Origin: Candidatus Latescibacterota bacterium
GTDB taxonomy: Bacteria; Latescibacterota; UBA2968; UBA8231
Direction: 5' to 3'
DNA: 64,000 nucleotides
NCBI GenBank assembly: GCA_965248265.1
Contig: CBDFJF010000002.1
Location: 3,584,001-3,648,000 of the forward strand
Notes under the pieces: generated by a model
What the model was told of the DNA's origin: nothing
What the model saw: the letters and a program-made list of their open reading frames with translations, nothing else
Databases searched by the model: none
Position numbers and translations under genes: made by a program
Shown here: one piece after another, positions 28,456 through 37,521 of the stretch
Numbering within the stretch: the first letter of the stretch is position 1
Layout of the letters: each line of letters begins with the position of its first letter

Positions 28456-28644
28456 CTGCTGAACGGCCTGACTGGATTACGATCACCACACCCCACTCGA
28501 CGTCTGCGGGCGTCGGGCGACCTGCATGAGAGCCGACTCTGCCCCTGAGCTACACCCCCCTGGGTATTTTCTGCGCCTACGCTAACGGCAGTTCCAGATA
28601 CCCGTGACTTCCCAATGATAGCCAGGGGCTGAGTCACGCCTGCG

Positions 28645-28688
28645 AGAGAATAATTATTACTTGTCAAGAATAATTATCGATATATATT
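28645..28688 (+). promoter_or_regulatory. argG promoter overlapped by two ARG-box-like operators
   Basis: AGAATAATTAT at 28647 and 28667 (20-bp period) around TTGTCA (-35); TATATT (-10) at 28683. Confidence 0.65.
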
Positions 28689-28756
28689 TGGGACAGTGAT
28701 CCGAAGACTGATGATTTGAGACTGACAATAATTGAGACTACTGGGAAGAGGAGACC

Positions 28757-29995
28757 ATGGAACTCACTGATCTGCAGGGTCGGACTGTGATGCTGGCTGT
28801 CTCAGGTGGGCTGGACAGCTGCACCATCACGCATTGGCTGGCCCAGAATGGGATCGATGTGATCGCCTATACCGCCGACCTCGGACAACCTGACGAGGAG
28901 AATATCGAAGATGTGAGAGAGCGGATGCTCGCCTGCGGTGCCCGGGAGATGATCCTTGCGGATCTGAAGCCCGAGATTGCCGAAGCCGGCATCAAGCTAG
29001 TGCAGGCCATGGCCAGGTACGAGGGAGGATACTGGAATACGACCGCCATCGGCCGTCATGTCGTGGTTGAGGGGCTGGTCAGTGAGATGGACAAACGGCA
29101 AGTAGTCATCCTCGGCCACGGCGCGACGGGACGCGGCAATGATCAGGTTCGCTTTCAACTGGCGGCCCAGATGCTCAATCCGGAAGTAGAGGTTTATGCT
29201 CCCTGGAGAGACCAGACCTTCCTCGATTGCTTCGGCGGGCGCAAGGAGATGATCGACTATTGCAGCGAACATGCTCTCCCGGTAAAGGCCAGCCACCAGG
29301 CCCCCTATTCCACGGATGCCAATATCCTCGGCCTCACTCATGAGGCGGGAGAGCTGGAATCGCTGATGACGCCGGCCTCGAAGATTACGCCCGGAATGGG
29401 CGTGTGGCCGCAGGATGCCCCGGACGAGCCGGAAACGCTGGAGATCGTGTTTGTGGAAGGCAAACCCGTGTCCGTGGGTGGCGAGCAGGTCGACGCTCTT
29501 CAGGCACTGGAAATCTGCAACCGTATCGGCGGCCGGCACGGCATCGGCATCGGACTGCACGCAGTGGAGAATCGCTTCGTCGGTATCAAATCGAGGGGAG
29601 TGTACGAGGCTCCGGGTCTCGAACTGATCGGTATTGCCTACGAATTCCTGTTGCAGCTGGTGGCCGATCGCAGAGCACGCCGCCTGTACGAGCAGGTCTC
29701 ACGGTTCATCGCCGAGCAGATCTACCAGGGTTACTGGTTTGACACCGCAACACAGGCCAGCTGGCGCTTCGTCGAGCACCTCAACGAGTTGACCAGTGGC
29801 ACGGTGATCCTGTCCCTGTACAAAGGCACCGCCAGTTTCCATGGCGCGCGCGATGTGGCTCACTCCCTGTACAGCGAGGACACCTCCTCGATGGAAGATG
29901 TGGGCGAGTTCGATCACAAGGATTCTGAAGGGTTTCTGGCCGTGCTTGGGGTTGGAGCCCGGGCCCTCAAGCGCTCGGGACAAACTGGCCGCTAG
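28757..29995 (+). CDS. argG: Argininosuccinate synthase
   Basis: AVSGGLDS, HGATGRGNDQVRF, APWRD, YSTDAN..G..HE.G.LE, ENRFVGIKSRGVYEAPG. Confidence 0.97.
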   Translation: MELTDLQGRTVMLAVSGGLDSCTITHWLAQNGIDVIAYTADLGQPDEENIEDVRERMLACGAREMILADLKPEIAEAGIKLVQAMARYEGGYWNTTAIGRHVVVEGLVSEMDKRQVVILGHGATGRGNDQVRFQLAAQMLNPEVEVYAPWRDQTFLDCFGGRKEMIDYCSEHALPVKASHQAPYSTDANILGLTHEAGELESLMTPASKITPGMGVWPQDAPDEPETLEIVFVEGKPVSVGGEQVDALQALEICNRIGGRHGIGIGLHAVENRFVGIKSRGVYEAPGLELIGIAYEFLLQLVADRRARRLYEQVSRFIAEQIYQGYWFDTATQASWRFVEHLNELTSGTVILSLYKGTASFHGARDVAHSLYSEDTSSMEDVGEFDHKDSEGFLAVLGVGARALKRSGQTGR

Positions 29996-30021
29996 GCCGT
30001 TACCATTGGGGTTCGCCCGAT

Positions 30022-30813
30022 TCACGTTTTTCGCGCTATCCAGATCTGCTCACCTGAACCTTCGAAGGGATTGCCGTCGAAATCTCCGCACAACGCCTGA
30101 ATCTTGAATCCGGCAGATTCCAGCAGCTCTTCGGTCTCAAGCGGGTCCGCATAGCGCAAGATCAAGTGGCCGCGCTCCTCAGTCCCTGACGATCTGTAGA
30201 CGAACTCCTGTCGCAGACGGTGTGAATGAAGATCGTGGCTCCGGCGATACCAGACCTCTACTTCCTTTCCAGTCTCGGGATCCAGGAAGACCGCGTCGCG
30301 CTCCAACTCCGCAGAGGTCCCCTGCCTGTCGATATCCGACCCGGGGTCGAAAACATTGAAGGCCAGAACGCCCTCAGAACACAGATGGTCGTGAATACAG
30401 CGGAGAGCGGCAACTCGATCGTCGTCGGTGAGTAGGTGCTGAAATGTGCGGTAAGGGAGGATCGCGAGGCGAAACTGACAGTGCAACCGAAAACAGCGCA
30501 TGTCGGCACACACCAAGGCGACGTTACTGCCGAAGTCACGTCCCAACTGGGAACTCTCTCCCAGTGCCGTCAGCGTGGAATGGATCTTCCGTCTCGCCAA
30601 CCTCAGCATCTGGGCAGAGGAATCGAGGCCTACGATGCGCAGCCCGTTGGCGGCGATGGGCAGCATGGTGCGGGCAGTACCGCAACCCAATTCGAGGACT
30701 GGTGAGCCGACCTCCGTGCTCAGAGCGGTGTAGAACTCGGATTCACCTTCGAGGCCGGTGAAATACTCGTCGTAGTATCGTGCCTGGGCACCGCTATACG
30801 ACGCGTTCGCCAT
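30022..30813 (-). CDS. Class I SAM-dependent methyltransferase
   Basis: VLELGCGTAR, GLDSSAQML, ADMR.F. Confidence 0.88.
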   Translation of the reverse strand: MANASYSGAQARYYDEYFTGLEGESEFYTALSTEVGSPVLELGCGTARTMLPIAANGLRIVGLDSSAQMLRLARRKIHSTLTALGESSQLGRDFGSNVALVCADMRCFRLHCQFRLAILPYRTFQHLLTDDDRVAALRCIHDHLCSEGVLAFNVFDPGSDIDRQGTSAELERDAVFLDPETGKEVEVWYRRSHDLHSHRLRQEFVYRSSGTEERGHLILRYADPLETEELLESAGFKIQALCGDFDGNPFEGSGEQIWIARKT

Positions 30814-30832
30814 GCAACAATCAGAATAGATC

Positions 30833-31819
30833 TCAGAGCAGATCGCTGACCACTGACTTCTCTTCCGCGAGCTCTTTCTCCGTCAGTTCGATCTTGTCTT
30901 TCGCGAAATCACTCAACTCGATGTTTTCGACGATCGACCAATTCCCCTTGCCATCGCTTGTCACTGGAAAGGAGAAAATGAGTCCTTCCTGGATCCCGTA
31001 GCTACCATCTGAAACGACGCCGGCTGAAAACCAATCCCCTGCCGGGGTCGCAGCCTCGACACTCTTTACATGATCCAGGGCCGCGTTCGCTGCTGATGCC
31101 GCGGAGGATAGCCCGCGGGCAGCGATGACGGCGGCGCCCCTTTGCTGTACGACATCGATGAACTCACCCTGGAGCCACTCTGTATCATCGATGACGGAAG
31201 CACATGGCTTGCCCTCGATCCGGGCGTTTTCCGCATCCGGGTACTGCGTGGCGCTATGGTTTCCCCAAATCGTCATGTTCCTGACGTCCGTCACCTTCTT
31301 TCCCGCCTTTTGCGCCAGTTGCACCTGGGCCCGATTCTGATCCAATCGCGTCATCGCGTGAAAGCGGTCGCGAGGTACTCCGGCCTTGGCTGCATGACTC
31401 ATAGCAATCAAGCAGTTGGTGTTGGCCGGGTTACCGACGACGAGTGTTCTGACATCGTCCGCTGCGCGGGCCAGTCCCTCACCCTGACCAACAAAGATCG
31501 GACCATTCTCCTTGATCAAATCGCCGCGTTCCATGCCCTTACCCCTGGGTTTGGCACCTACAAGGATGGCCCAGTTGACGCTGTCGAAGGCAACGTCGGC
31601 CTTGTCGGTGACAACGACGTCATCGAGCAGAGGAAAAGCGCAGTCGTCCAATTCCATGACGACCCCTTCGACCGCCGGAAGAGCCGGGGTGATCTCGAGC
31701 AGATTCAGGCTCACTCTGGTATCGTGACCAAACACCTCGCCAGAGGCGAGGCGTGGCAGGAGGGCATAACCGATCTGTCCGGCTGCTCCGGTTACAGCGA
31801 CGCGCACTGTGCGTGCCAT
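30833..31819 (-). CDS. mdh: Malate dehydrogenase
   Basis: [59 protein letters not shown]. Confidence 0.97.
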   Translation of the reverse strand: MARTVRVAVTGAAGQIGYALLPRLASGEVFGHDTRVSLNLLEITPALPAVEGVVMELDDCAFPLLDDVVVTDKADVAFDSVNWAILVGAKPRGKGMERGDLIKENGPIFVGQGEGLARAADDVRTLVVGNPANTNCLIAMSHAAKAGVPRDRFHAMTRLDQNRAQVQLAQKAGKKVTDVRNMTIWGNHSATQYPDAENARIEGKPCASVIDDTEWLQGEFIDVVQQRGAAVIAARGLSSAASAANAALDHVKSVEAATPAGDWFSAGVVSDGSYGIQEGLIFSFPVTSDGKGNWSIVENIELSDFAKDKIELTEKELAEEKSVVSDLL

Positions 31820-31981
31820 ATAAAAGGACTCCTTGTGGGTAGTTGTATCGAACGCGAAACGGACGGGCGCACGACGGACGCGTAAACGGCGGACACGTCC
31901 GTTACACGCCGCCGAGAAATTAACAAGATCGATGACAAGGGCAAATGACAGACCGGAGCGGCCTGAGTACCGGGACGCTTC

Positions 31982-32009
31982 TTGACGAACCAGGGGGTAG
32001 ACGTATTTT
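31982..32009 (+). promoter_or_regulatory. Probable sigma-70 promoter of tRNA-Tyr
   Basis: TTGACG-N16-TATTTT, 24 nt upstream of the tRNA. Confidence 0.5.
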
Positions 32010-32033
32010 ATGCCGCTTCGTTGGCTCTATGAC

Positions 32034-32118
32034 GGGGGGATACCGAAGCGGTCAAACGGGGCAGACTGTAAATCTGCTGGCTCAGCCTTCGTAGGTTCGA
32101 ATCCTGCTCCCCCCACCA
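32034..32118 (+). tRNA. tRNA-Tyr (GUA)
   Basis: GGGGGGATACCGAAGCGGTCAAACGGGGCAGACT GTA AATCTGC, long variable arm, GTAGGTTCGAATCCTGCTCCCCCCACCA. Confidence 0.96.
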
Positions 32119-32151
32119 CTTTATTTACTTCTTACTACTCCCTACAAACTG

Positions 32152-32367
32152 CTATTCGAGACCGCGAGTACCGGTCTTGTCTCCCGCACGTCTCGCCTCG
32201 TTCGGTTCGATGAAGGCGTCAGCAACGGCTTTCATGATCTGAACGGAATCGTAGTACCCGTCCTCGACCTTGCGTTTTATCCAGAGCAACCGCTCCTCGC
32301 GGCTGCGCGGCAGGCCACGGTCGTTCTCCATGTGCTCTGGAAGAGTGTATTCGGCTTTGAAGTTCAT
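32152..32367 (-). CDS. Small FlgM-like (anti-sigma-28-like) protein
   Basis: REERLLWIKRKVEDGYY...KAVADAFI resembles the FlgM C-terminal R.(E/D)K/R...IK..I..G.Y....IA motif. Confidence 0.55.
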   Translation of the reverse strand: MNFKAEYTLPEHMENDRGLPRSREERLLWIKRKVEDGYYDSVQIMKAVADAFIEPNEARRAGDKTGTRGLE

Positions 32368-32558
32368 CAGAATAGCTACTGCCCGCCTTAGTCGACCAGC
32401 TCTGCTGTAAATGATACCCGCTCAATGATATCCGCCCAGGCGGCCCAGCTCGCTCTGAGGAGTTGGAGAACCCATCCGAGGCGTGCCCTCTACTGCTATT
32501 AGATGATATCGGCAGGTTGGAGCTACCGGCCAGTCCAAATTCGACATTGTAGCGCTCA

Positions 32559-33728
32559 TCACCTCAGCAGCTCTCGTATCGATTCGACTCGGGCCCGGTC
32601 CGTGCCCTCCAGCCGAGTCCAGGAGTCGAAAACGAAGGCGAGCACAGTGGTGATGATGAGGGTCACAGCGAAGGAGGCCACGACGATGAGTGTTCGCCTG
32701 GGGGCGCTGCGCAAGGTCGGGACGACCGCGTGGTCGAGAATCTGAATGGTGGGCGTATTGAGGGCTTCACGGTATTCGGCTTCCTCAAGTTTGGTGCCCA
32801 GGAAGCCCAGTATCTCCTCTCGGATTTTGACCTCCAGCGCCAATTCGGTGTAACGCTGCATTACGGTTGGCAATTCCCTCAGGGTCGGTCCAAGACTCTG
32901 GAATGAGGAGGCCTGTTCGATGTTTCCAAAAAGGCTTTCCAGCTGGTTTCGCAGCGCCACCACCTCCAGTTCCAGTAACTGCCGTTCCTCGTGGCTGGCG
33001 TTCAGCTGCCCCCTGGCGACGCCGAGCTTGACCTCCAACTCGGCCAGCTGCTGCACGATACTCTTCATCACCTCAACGGAGGCGATCGTCTGCGTCTCCG
33101 GGTCCACCAGTCCGTGCTGGTCCTGAAATCTCTGCAACGCCTGACCGGTTTCCCTCAACTCCCCTAACATCAGGCTCACCCTACCCTGGAGAAACTCCCT
33201 CATCGCAGCGGCGGCCTGTCGTTTGTAGCCGCGATTTACCGTATCCAACCGCGCCGCCAGGGAGTTGGCCAATTGAGCCGAAAAGTCCGGCGTCCCCGCC
33301 GTCGCAAATACGACCAGCGTTCCATCCCGCTCAACGTCAGTCTCGATGTGGTCGCTGAGCATGCTGATGGCTTCGGCCTTGTCACGAGCCTTGTAGGTAT
33401 CTACGAGGTTGAAGCGCTCGACGATCGGTCCCAGCACCTGCCGGCTCGCCAGCATCGTGACCAGTCTATCAGACGGTGTCGTGTTGCCGACGAGTCCCAT
33501 CAGACCCGATGGCACGTTGGCACCAGCCATTGCCGACAAACTGAGTGAGTCGAAGGTGTCCTCCTCAGGCGGCAACAGCTTTACATCTGCCGTCCAGGCC
33601 TTGGGCAATACCAGACTGATTGCGGCCGATGCGACACCAACGACGAGGGCGGAAACAAGGATCAGACGCCGCCACTTGATGACGACGTAGAGATAGTCAA
33701 AAAAACTGCGTTCGTATTCGGCGTTCAC
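32559..33728 (-). CDS. Wzz/Wzc-like polysaccharide co-polymerase (no kinase domain)
   Basis: N- and C-terminal TMs, coiled coil, QILDHAVVP..RSAPRR. Confidence 0.88.
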   Translation of the reverse strand: MNAEYERSFFDYLYVVIKWRRLILVSALVVGVASAAISLVLPKAWTADVKLLPPEEDTFDSLSLSAMAGANVPSGLMGLVGNTTPSDRLVTMLASRQVLGPIVERFNLVDTYKARDKAEAISMLSDHIETDVERDGTLVVFATAGTPDFSAQLANSLAARLDTVNRGYKRQAAAAMREFLQGRVSLMLGELRETGQALQRFQDQHGLVDPETQTIASVEVMKSIVQQLAELEVKLGVARGQLNASHEERQLLELEVVALRNQLESLFGNIEQASSFQSLGPTLRELPTVMQRYTELALEVKIREEILGFLGTKLEEAEYREALNTPTIQILDHAVVPTLRSAPRRTLIVVASFAVTLIITTVLAFVFDSWTRLEGTDRARVESIRELLR

Positions 33729-33738
33729 GGCCCCGCCC

Positions 33739-35397
33739 TCACTTGGTTATGGTCACATACAGCAGTACGACCGTTGTGACCTGACCGATCACAGCCATCG
33801 ATTGAGCGAAAACCGTCCAGTAATTCCTCTCGGGCTTTTCCTTTATCCAGATGCGGTCACCGGGATCGACGCGATCCACGTCCTCAGCACGTTTGATCTC
33901 CCCCGTGCTCGCCTTGATGACGCGGACTTCCTTCGTCGACCGCCAACCGAAACCACCCGCCTGCTCTATGTAGTCATACACGCCGAACTGCGGGTTGTAG
34001 ATGACGGCCCCAGGCGAGGCGGCCCGGCCACTGACCATGACCGTCTGCTGCTTTCGAGGGATGGTGATGAAGTCGCCGGGTAGAAGACGTACGTTCTGCG
34101 TTTCATCCCCATGCTTGAACAAGGCCTCGAAATCGACGACCAGTTGCCCCGGCTTTTCCCGTACCCTCATTTTGAAGTACTGATTGTCCTCCTCGGTGCG
34201 GTCACCGGCCGGCGTCGTCAGGATGCGCTCGAACTCCGGATCCTCAATCTGCTGTTTTTCCTTCTCGATGCTCAGCCGCGTAATCCGTGCTTGCTGCAAC
34301 GTCGCATACGTGGTAAATCCCCCCGCCCTATTGATCATCTCCTTGAGCGGCGTCCCCGACTTTTCAACAGCGTAGATCCCCGGGACCTTCACCTCGCCGG
34401 TAATTCCGATCGTTCGTGACTCGAGGTAATTCGGATCTCCCCGCAAGACCAGCTGGTCTCCGAGCCTTAGCGTCAGATCGGACGCCTCGTCACCGCGCTG
34501 CACACCCGCGAGATCTATCTGGACCTCGTACATCGTCGTGTTGTCGTCCTTGTAACGCAGTAGAAGAGTGTTTTCTGGGTCGTGCTTCGGGTGTGGCCCC
34601 AGAGCCATGGTCAGCAGGTCGCTGATGCGATCTCCTTCCACGAATTCGTAGAAATTCGCTCGATTCACGGCCTCGAATGCCCCTACATCTCCCAATTTTG
34701 GCGGGATGACGATGACGTCACCGTCCTCCAGGAAGGGGTTATATCTAGGGTCAGCCGTGGCCTCGAACAAGACCAGATCGATACGTTCTGACGGCAGATC
34801 CCGCAACACGGTCCAATCCCCCCTCCGCACTCTGGATTGCAAGGTCGTGAGATCCCTCCGATGCAACCGAGTGTTGAATACCCTGATGTTTCGCCTCGAT
34901 GCCTTATTCGACAACTCTTCGGCCACCGGGATCATCTGGCTCACCCTCTGTACTGCGCTACCCTGGCGGGTACGGGGGATTCGAATCATGCCGAGAACGG
35001 GGACGGGAAAAGCTCTGGGTTTGCTGAGCTCGATATCGATGCGTCCGACCTTGACGGTTTTGCTGAACTCCGCCCTAATCTTGTCGTGCGCTTCACTCAA
35101 GCGCAGGCCGCCGATCCTGACCATGCCAACCATCGGAATGAACAGACTTCCCTCGGCCAGTACCTGGTAGACGACGGGCTCCTCCATTCCCGGCACGTAA
35201 ATGAGGAATTCATCCTGCGGGCCGACGACGTACCTGCCGTTGGCAAGCACTTCCTCGTAGGCCGCCATACCGATCAACACTTCAGTAGCCTTCACCTCCT
35301 CCTTCTCGATCTCCTTCTCTTCATCCTCCTTGGCCACCGCGTCCACCACCGCAAGCATACAGAGGCCGACGACTAGCACTGTGCGAATCCTCATCAT
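33739..35397 (-). CDS. Polysaccharide export protein with SLBB repeats (Wza/KpsD-like)
   Basis: YVVGPQD, EGSLFIPMVG, GEVKVPGIY, AGGF repeats, L.PGD.I.IP. Confidence 0.88.
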   Translation of the reverse strand: MMRIRTVLVVGLCMLAVVDAVAKEDEEKEIEKEEVKATEVLIGMAAYEEVLANGRYVVGPQDEFLIYVPGMEEPVVYQVLAEGSLFIPMVGMVRIGGLRLSEAHDKIRAEFSKTVKVGRIDIELSKPRAFPVPVLGMIRIPRTRQGSAVQRVSQMIPVAEELSNKASRRNIRVFNTRLHRRDLTTLQSRVRRGDWTVLRDLPSERIDLVLFEATADPRYNPFLEDGDVIVIPPKLGDVGAFEAVNRANFYEFVEGDRISDLLTMALGPHPKHDPENTLLLRYKDDNTTMYEVQIDLAGVQRGDEASDLTLRLGDQLVLRGDPNYLESRTIGITGEVKVPGIYAVEKSGTPLKEMINRAGGFTTYATLQQARITRLSIEKEKQQIEDPEFERILTTPAGDRTEEDNQYFKMRVREKPGQLVVDFEALFKHGDETQNVRLLPGDFITIPRKQQTVMVSGRAASPGAVIYNPQFGVYDYIEQAGGFGWRSTKEVRVIKASTGEIKRAEDVDRVDPGDRIWIKEKPERNYWTVFAQSMAVIGQVTTVVLLYVTITK

Positions 35398-35438
35398 TTC
35401 CTATTCCTGTGACAGACACTCCGATTCAATTTTCGGTC

Positions 35439-36356
35439 CTATGACACATCTATTTGAAACTGCAGACCTGCACGATCGATCGGCAGGTCGAACACCCTCG
35501 CCGAAATTCCCTGGCGCGCCCATGCCGCCTGCATCGCAGCACCAGGGGCATGATCTCCCTGACGCACCAAGGCCATCACCGACGGCCCTGAACCGCTGAG
35601 CGCAGCGCCGTGGGCTCCAACGTCGACGGCTGCACGGCATACACCCTCCAATCCGGGCACGAGTCGAGCCCGGTGAGGTTGATGCAACCTGTCCTGCATC
35701 GCCGATTGTATCAACTCTGGACGGGCGTTGGCAAGCGCGGCAACGAGCAGAGCAACCCGAGACACGTTGTAGACGGCATCCGTGAATGGGACAACATTCG
35801 GAAGCGCGTCGCGACTCTCATCCGTGGACACGGTGAAATCCGGGTGTACGACCGTTGCTGCGAGAGACGCCGGAATCGGCAGGTCGATGTGCTCGATCGA
35901 CTCAGAGCCGGTTTGACAAACGACGGCGAAGCCACCGAAAAGCGCCGCGGCCACATTGTCAGGGTGCCCTTCAACGCCGACTGCCAGTCGCATCAACTGG
36001 TTCCGATCCAATTCCTGGTGCGAGAGCAGGAGAGCCGCAGCCATACCGGCGAGTACGGAAGCGGCGCTGCTGCCAAGGCCGGCTGACACAGGAATCTCGT
36101 TCATGGACTCGATGACGAGTCGGCCCGGAGAATAACCGACGCGACCGAACACCTCGGCCATCGCCCTGTAGGTTGCATTGGATTCGTCCACCGGAATGGA
36201 GCCTTCTCCTTCACCGGAGACTCGGATTTCGAAACCATTACCGCTCTGCTCCTCGACGGTCAGCGTGTGATAGAGGCCCAATGCCAGACCCAGACAGTCG
36301 AACCCCGAGCCTAGATTGGCTGACGATGCGGGTACCTTGACCCTGACGCGCGTCAC
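35439..36356 (-). CDS. thrB: Homoserine kinase
   Basis: VPASSANLGSGFD, GLGSSAA, EGHPDNVA, DRLHQP.R, LSGSGPS. Confidence 0.95.
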   Translation of the reverse strand: MTRVRVKVPASSANLGSGFDCLGLALGLYHTLTVEEQSGNGFEIRVSGEGEGSIPVDESNATYRAMAEVFGRVGYSPGRLVIESMNEIPVSAGLGSSAASVLAGMAAALLLSHQELDRNQLMRLAVGVEGHPDNVAAALFGGFAVVCQTGSESIEHIDLPIPASLAATVVHPDFTVSTDESRDALPNVVPFTDAVYNVSRVALLVAALANARPELIQSAMQDRLHQPHRARLVPGLEGVCRAAVDVGAHGAALSGSGPSVMALVRQGDHAPGAAMQAAWARQGISARVFDLPIDRAGLQFQIDVS

Positions 36357-36363
36357 TTCGCTC

Positions 36364-37500
36364 TCAAGCCCGCTCGAGAATCCGAGCGAGATCGACACTC
36401 ACTGCATCGGCTACTGAAAATCCGGCCGAGGTAAGACGCAGTTGGCTGTGCTCGAATTCCAAGTAGCCGGCCCCCAGCATGTCCTGAGTACGCGAATCCG
36501 AGGCGAGCGCGGTCAGTTCATGAGGTGACAACTCTACGCCCTCTGATGTTCGCAGCGACAACCATAAAGTCTCCTGCCTCGCCTCGGACTTCGTGATGTG
36601 TTCCTCGCCAGCTCGCGGCAGGCGCCCCGCTTCGACCGACTCCATGTAGGCGGTGAGGTCGCGTTCATTCCAGCTGCGGCATCCATTCCTGAAACTGTGG
36701 GCGGAAACACCTGCGCCAAGGTACTCGCCGCCACTCCAGCAGGCCCAGTTGTGGTGGCACCGATGACCTGGCAGACAGAAGTTCGAGACTTCGTAATGCT
36801 CGTAACCTGCGGCACTCAGCAACTGTATGGCCAGTTCGAACTCGTCAGCTGATTCGTCCTCCGGGCGCAGGCTTAATTGGCCCGCACTGACTCTGCTCGC
36901 GAAGGGGGTCTCCGGCTCGATTGTCAACGAATACGTCGATACGTGCTCCGGCCGCAGAGCGATGACGGCCTCGAGGCTACGACACCAGGAGTCGTCATCG
37001 ACGCCCGGGACGCTGAACATCAAATCGAGGTTGATGTTGTCGAAGCCAGCATCACGGGCACTGCCAAAGGCATGTCTCACATCGTCGGCCGTGTGGACTC
37101 GGCCCAATCGCTTGAGGCTGTCATCGACGAATGACTGCGCTCCGATGCTGATGCGGTTGAAACCAAGCGAGCAAAGTGCATCGTACGCGGCTGCGTCCGT
37201 GGAGCCCGGGTTAGCCTCCACCGTGATCTCGGCGTCGGGGGTGAAGCCGAAGATGCGGCGGGCAGTTGCTAAAACGGACCCCAGAAGAGCCGTCTGCACT
37301 CGACTCGGAGTCCCGCCGCCGAAGAAGACCGAGTCGAATGCAGTCAGTGACTCGCTGCTGCCGACCATTTCGAGTTCCGCGCACACAGCCTCGATGTAAC
37401 GCTCCTGAAGGTGGTCGCGCCCGGTAACGACGGCAAAGCCACAGTACGGGCATCGCTGCGGGCAAAACGGGCTATGAACGTAGAGGCCGAAGAATGCCAT
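36364..37500 (-). CDS. hemW: Radical SAM heme chaperone HemW
   Basis: LYVHSPFCPQRCPYC, FGGGTPS, EANPG, YEVSNF; follows lepA. Confidence 0.9.
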   Translation of the reverse strand: MAFFGLYVHSPFCPQRCPYCGFAVVTGRDHLQERYIEAVCAELEMVGSSESLTAFDSVFFGGGTPSRVQTALLGSVLATARRIFGFTPDAEITVEANPGSTDAAAYDALCSLGFNRISIGAQSFVDDSLKRLGRVHTADDVRHAFGSARDAGFDNINLDLMFSVPGVDDDSWCRSLEAVIALRPEHVSTYSLTIEPETPFASRVSAGQLSLRPEDESADEFELAIQLLSAAGYEHYEVSNFCLPGHRCHHNWACWSGGEYLGAGVSAHSFRNGCRSWNERDLTAYMESVEAGRLPRAGEEHITKSEARQETLWLSLRTSEGVELSPHELTALASDSRTQDMLGAGYLEFEHSQLRLTSAGFSVADAVSVDLARILERA

Positions 37501-37521
37501 CGAAATCTGGAGTCGTTCTCC

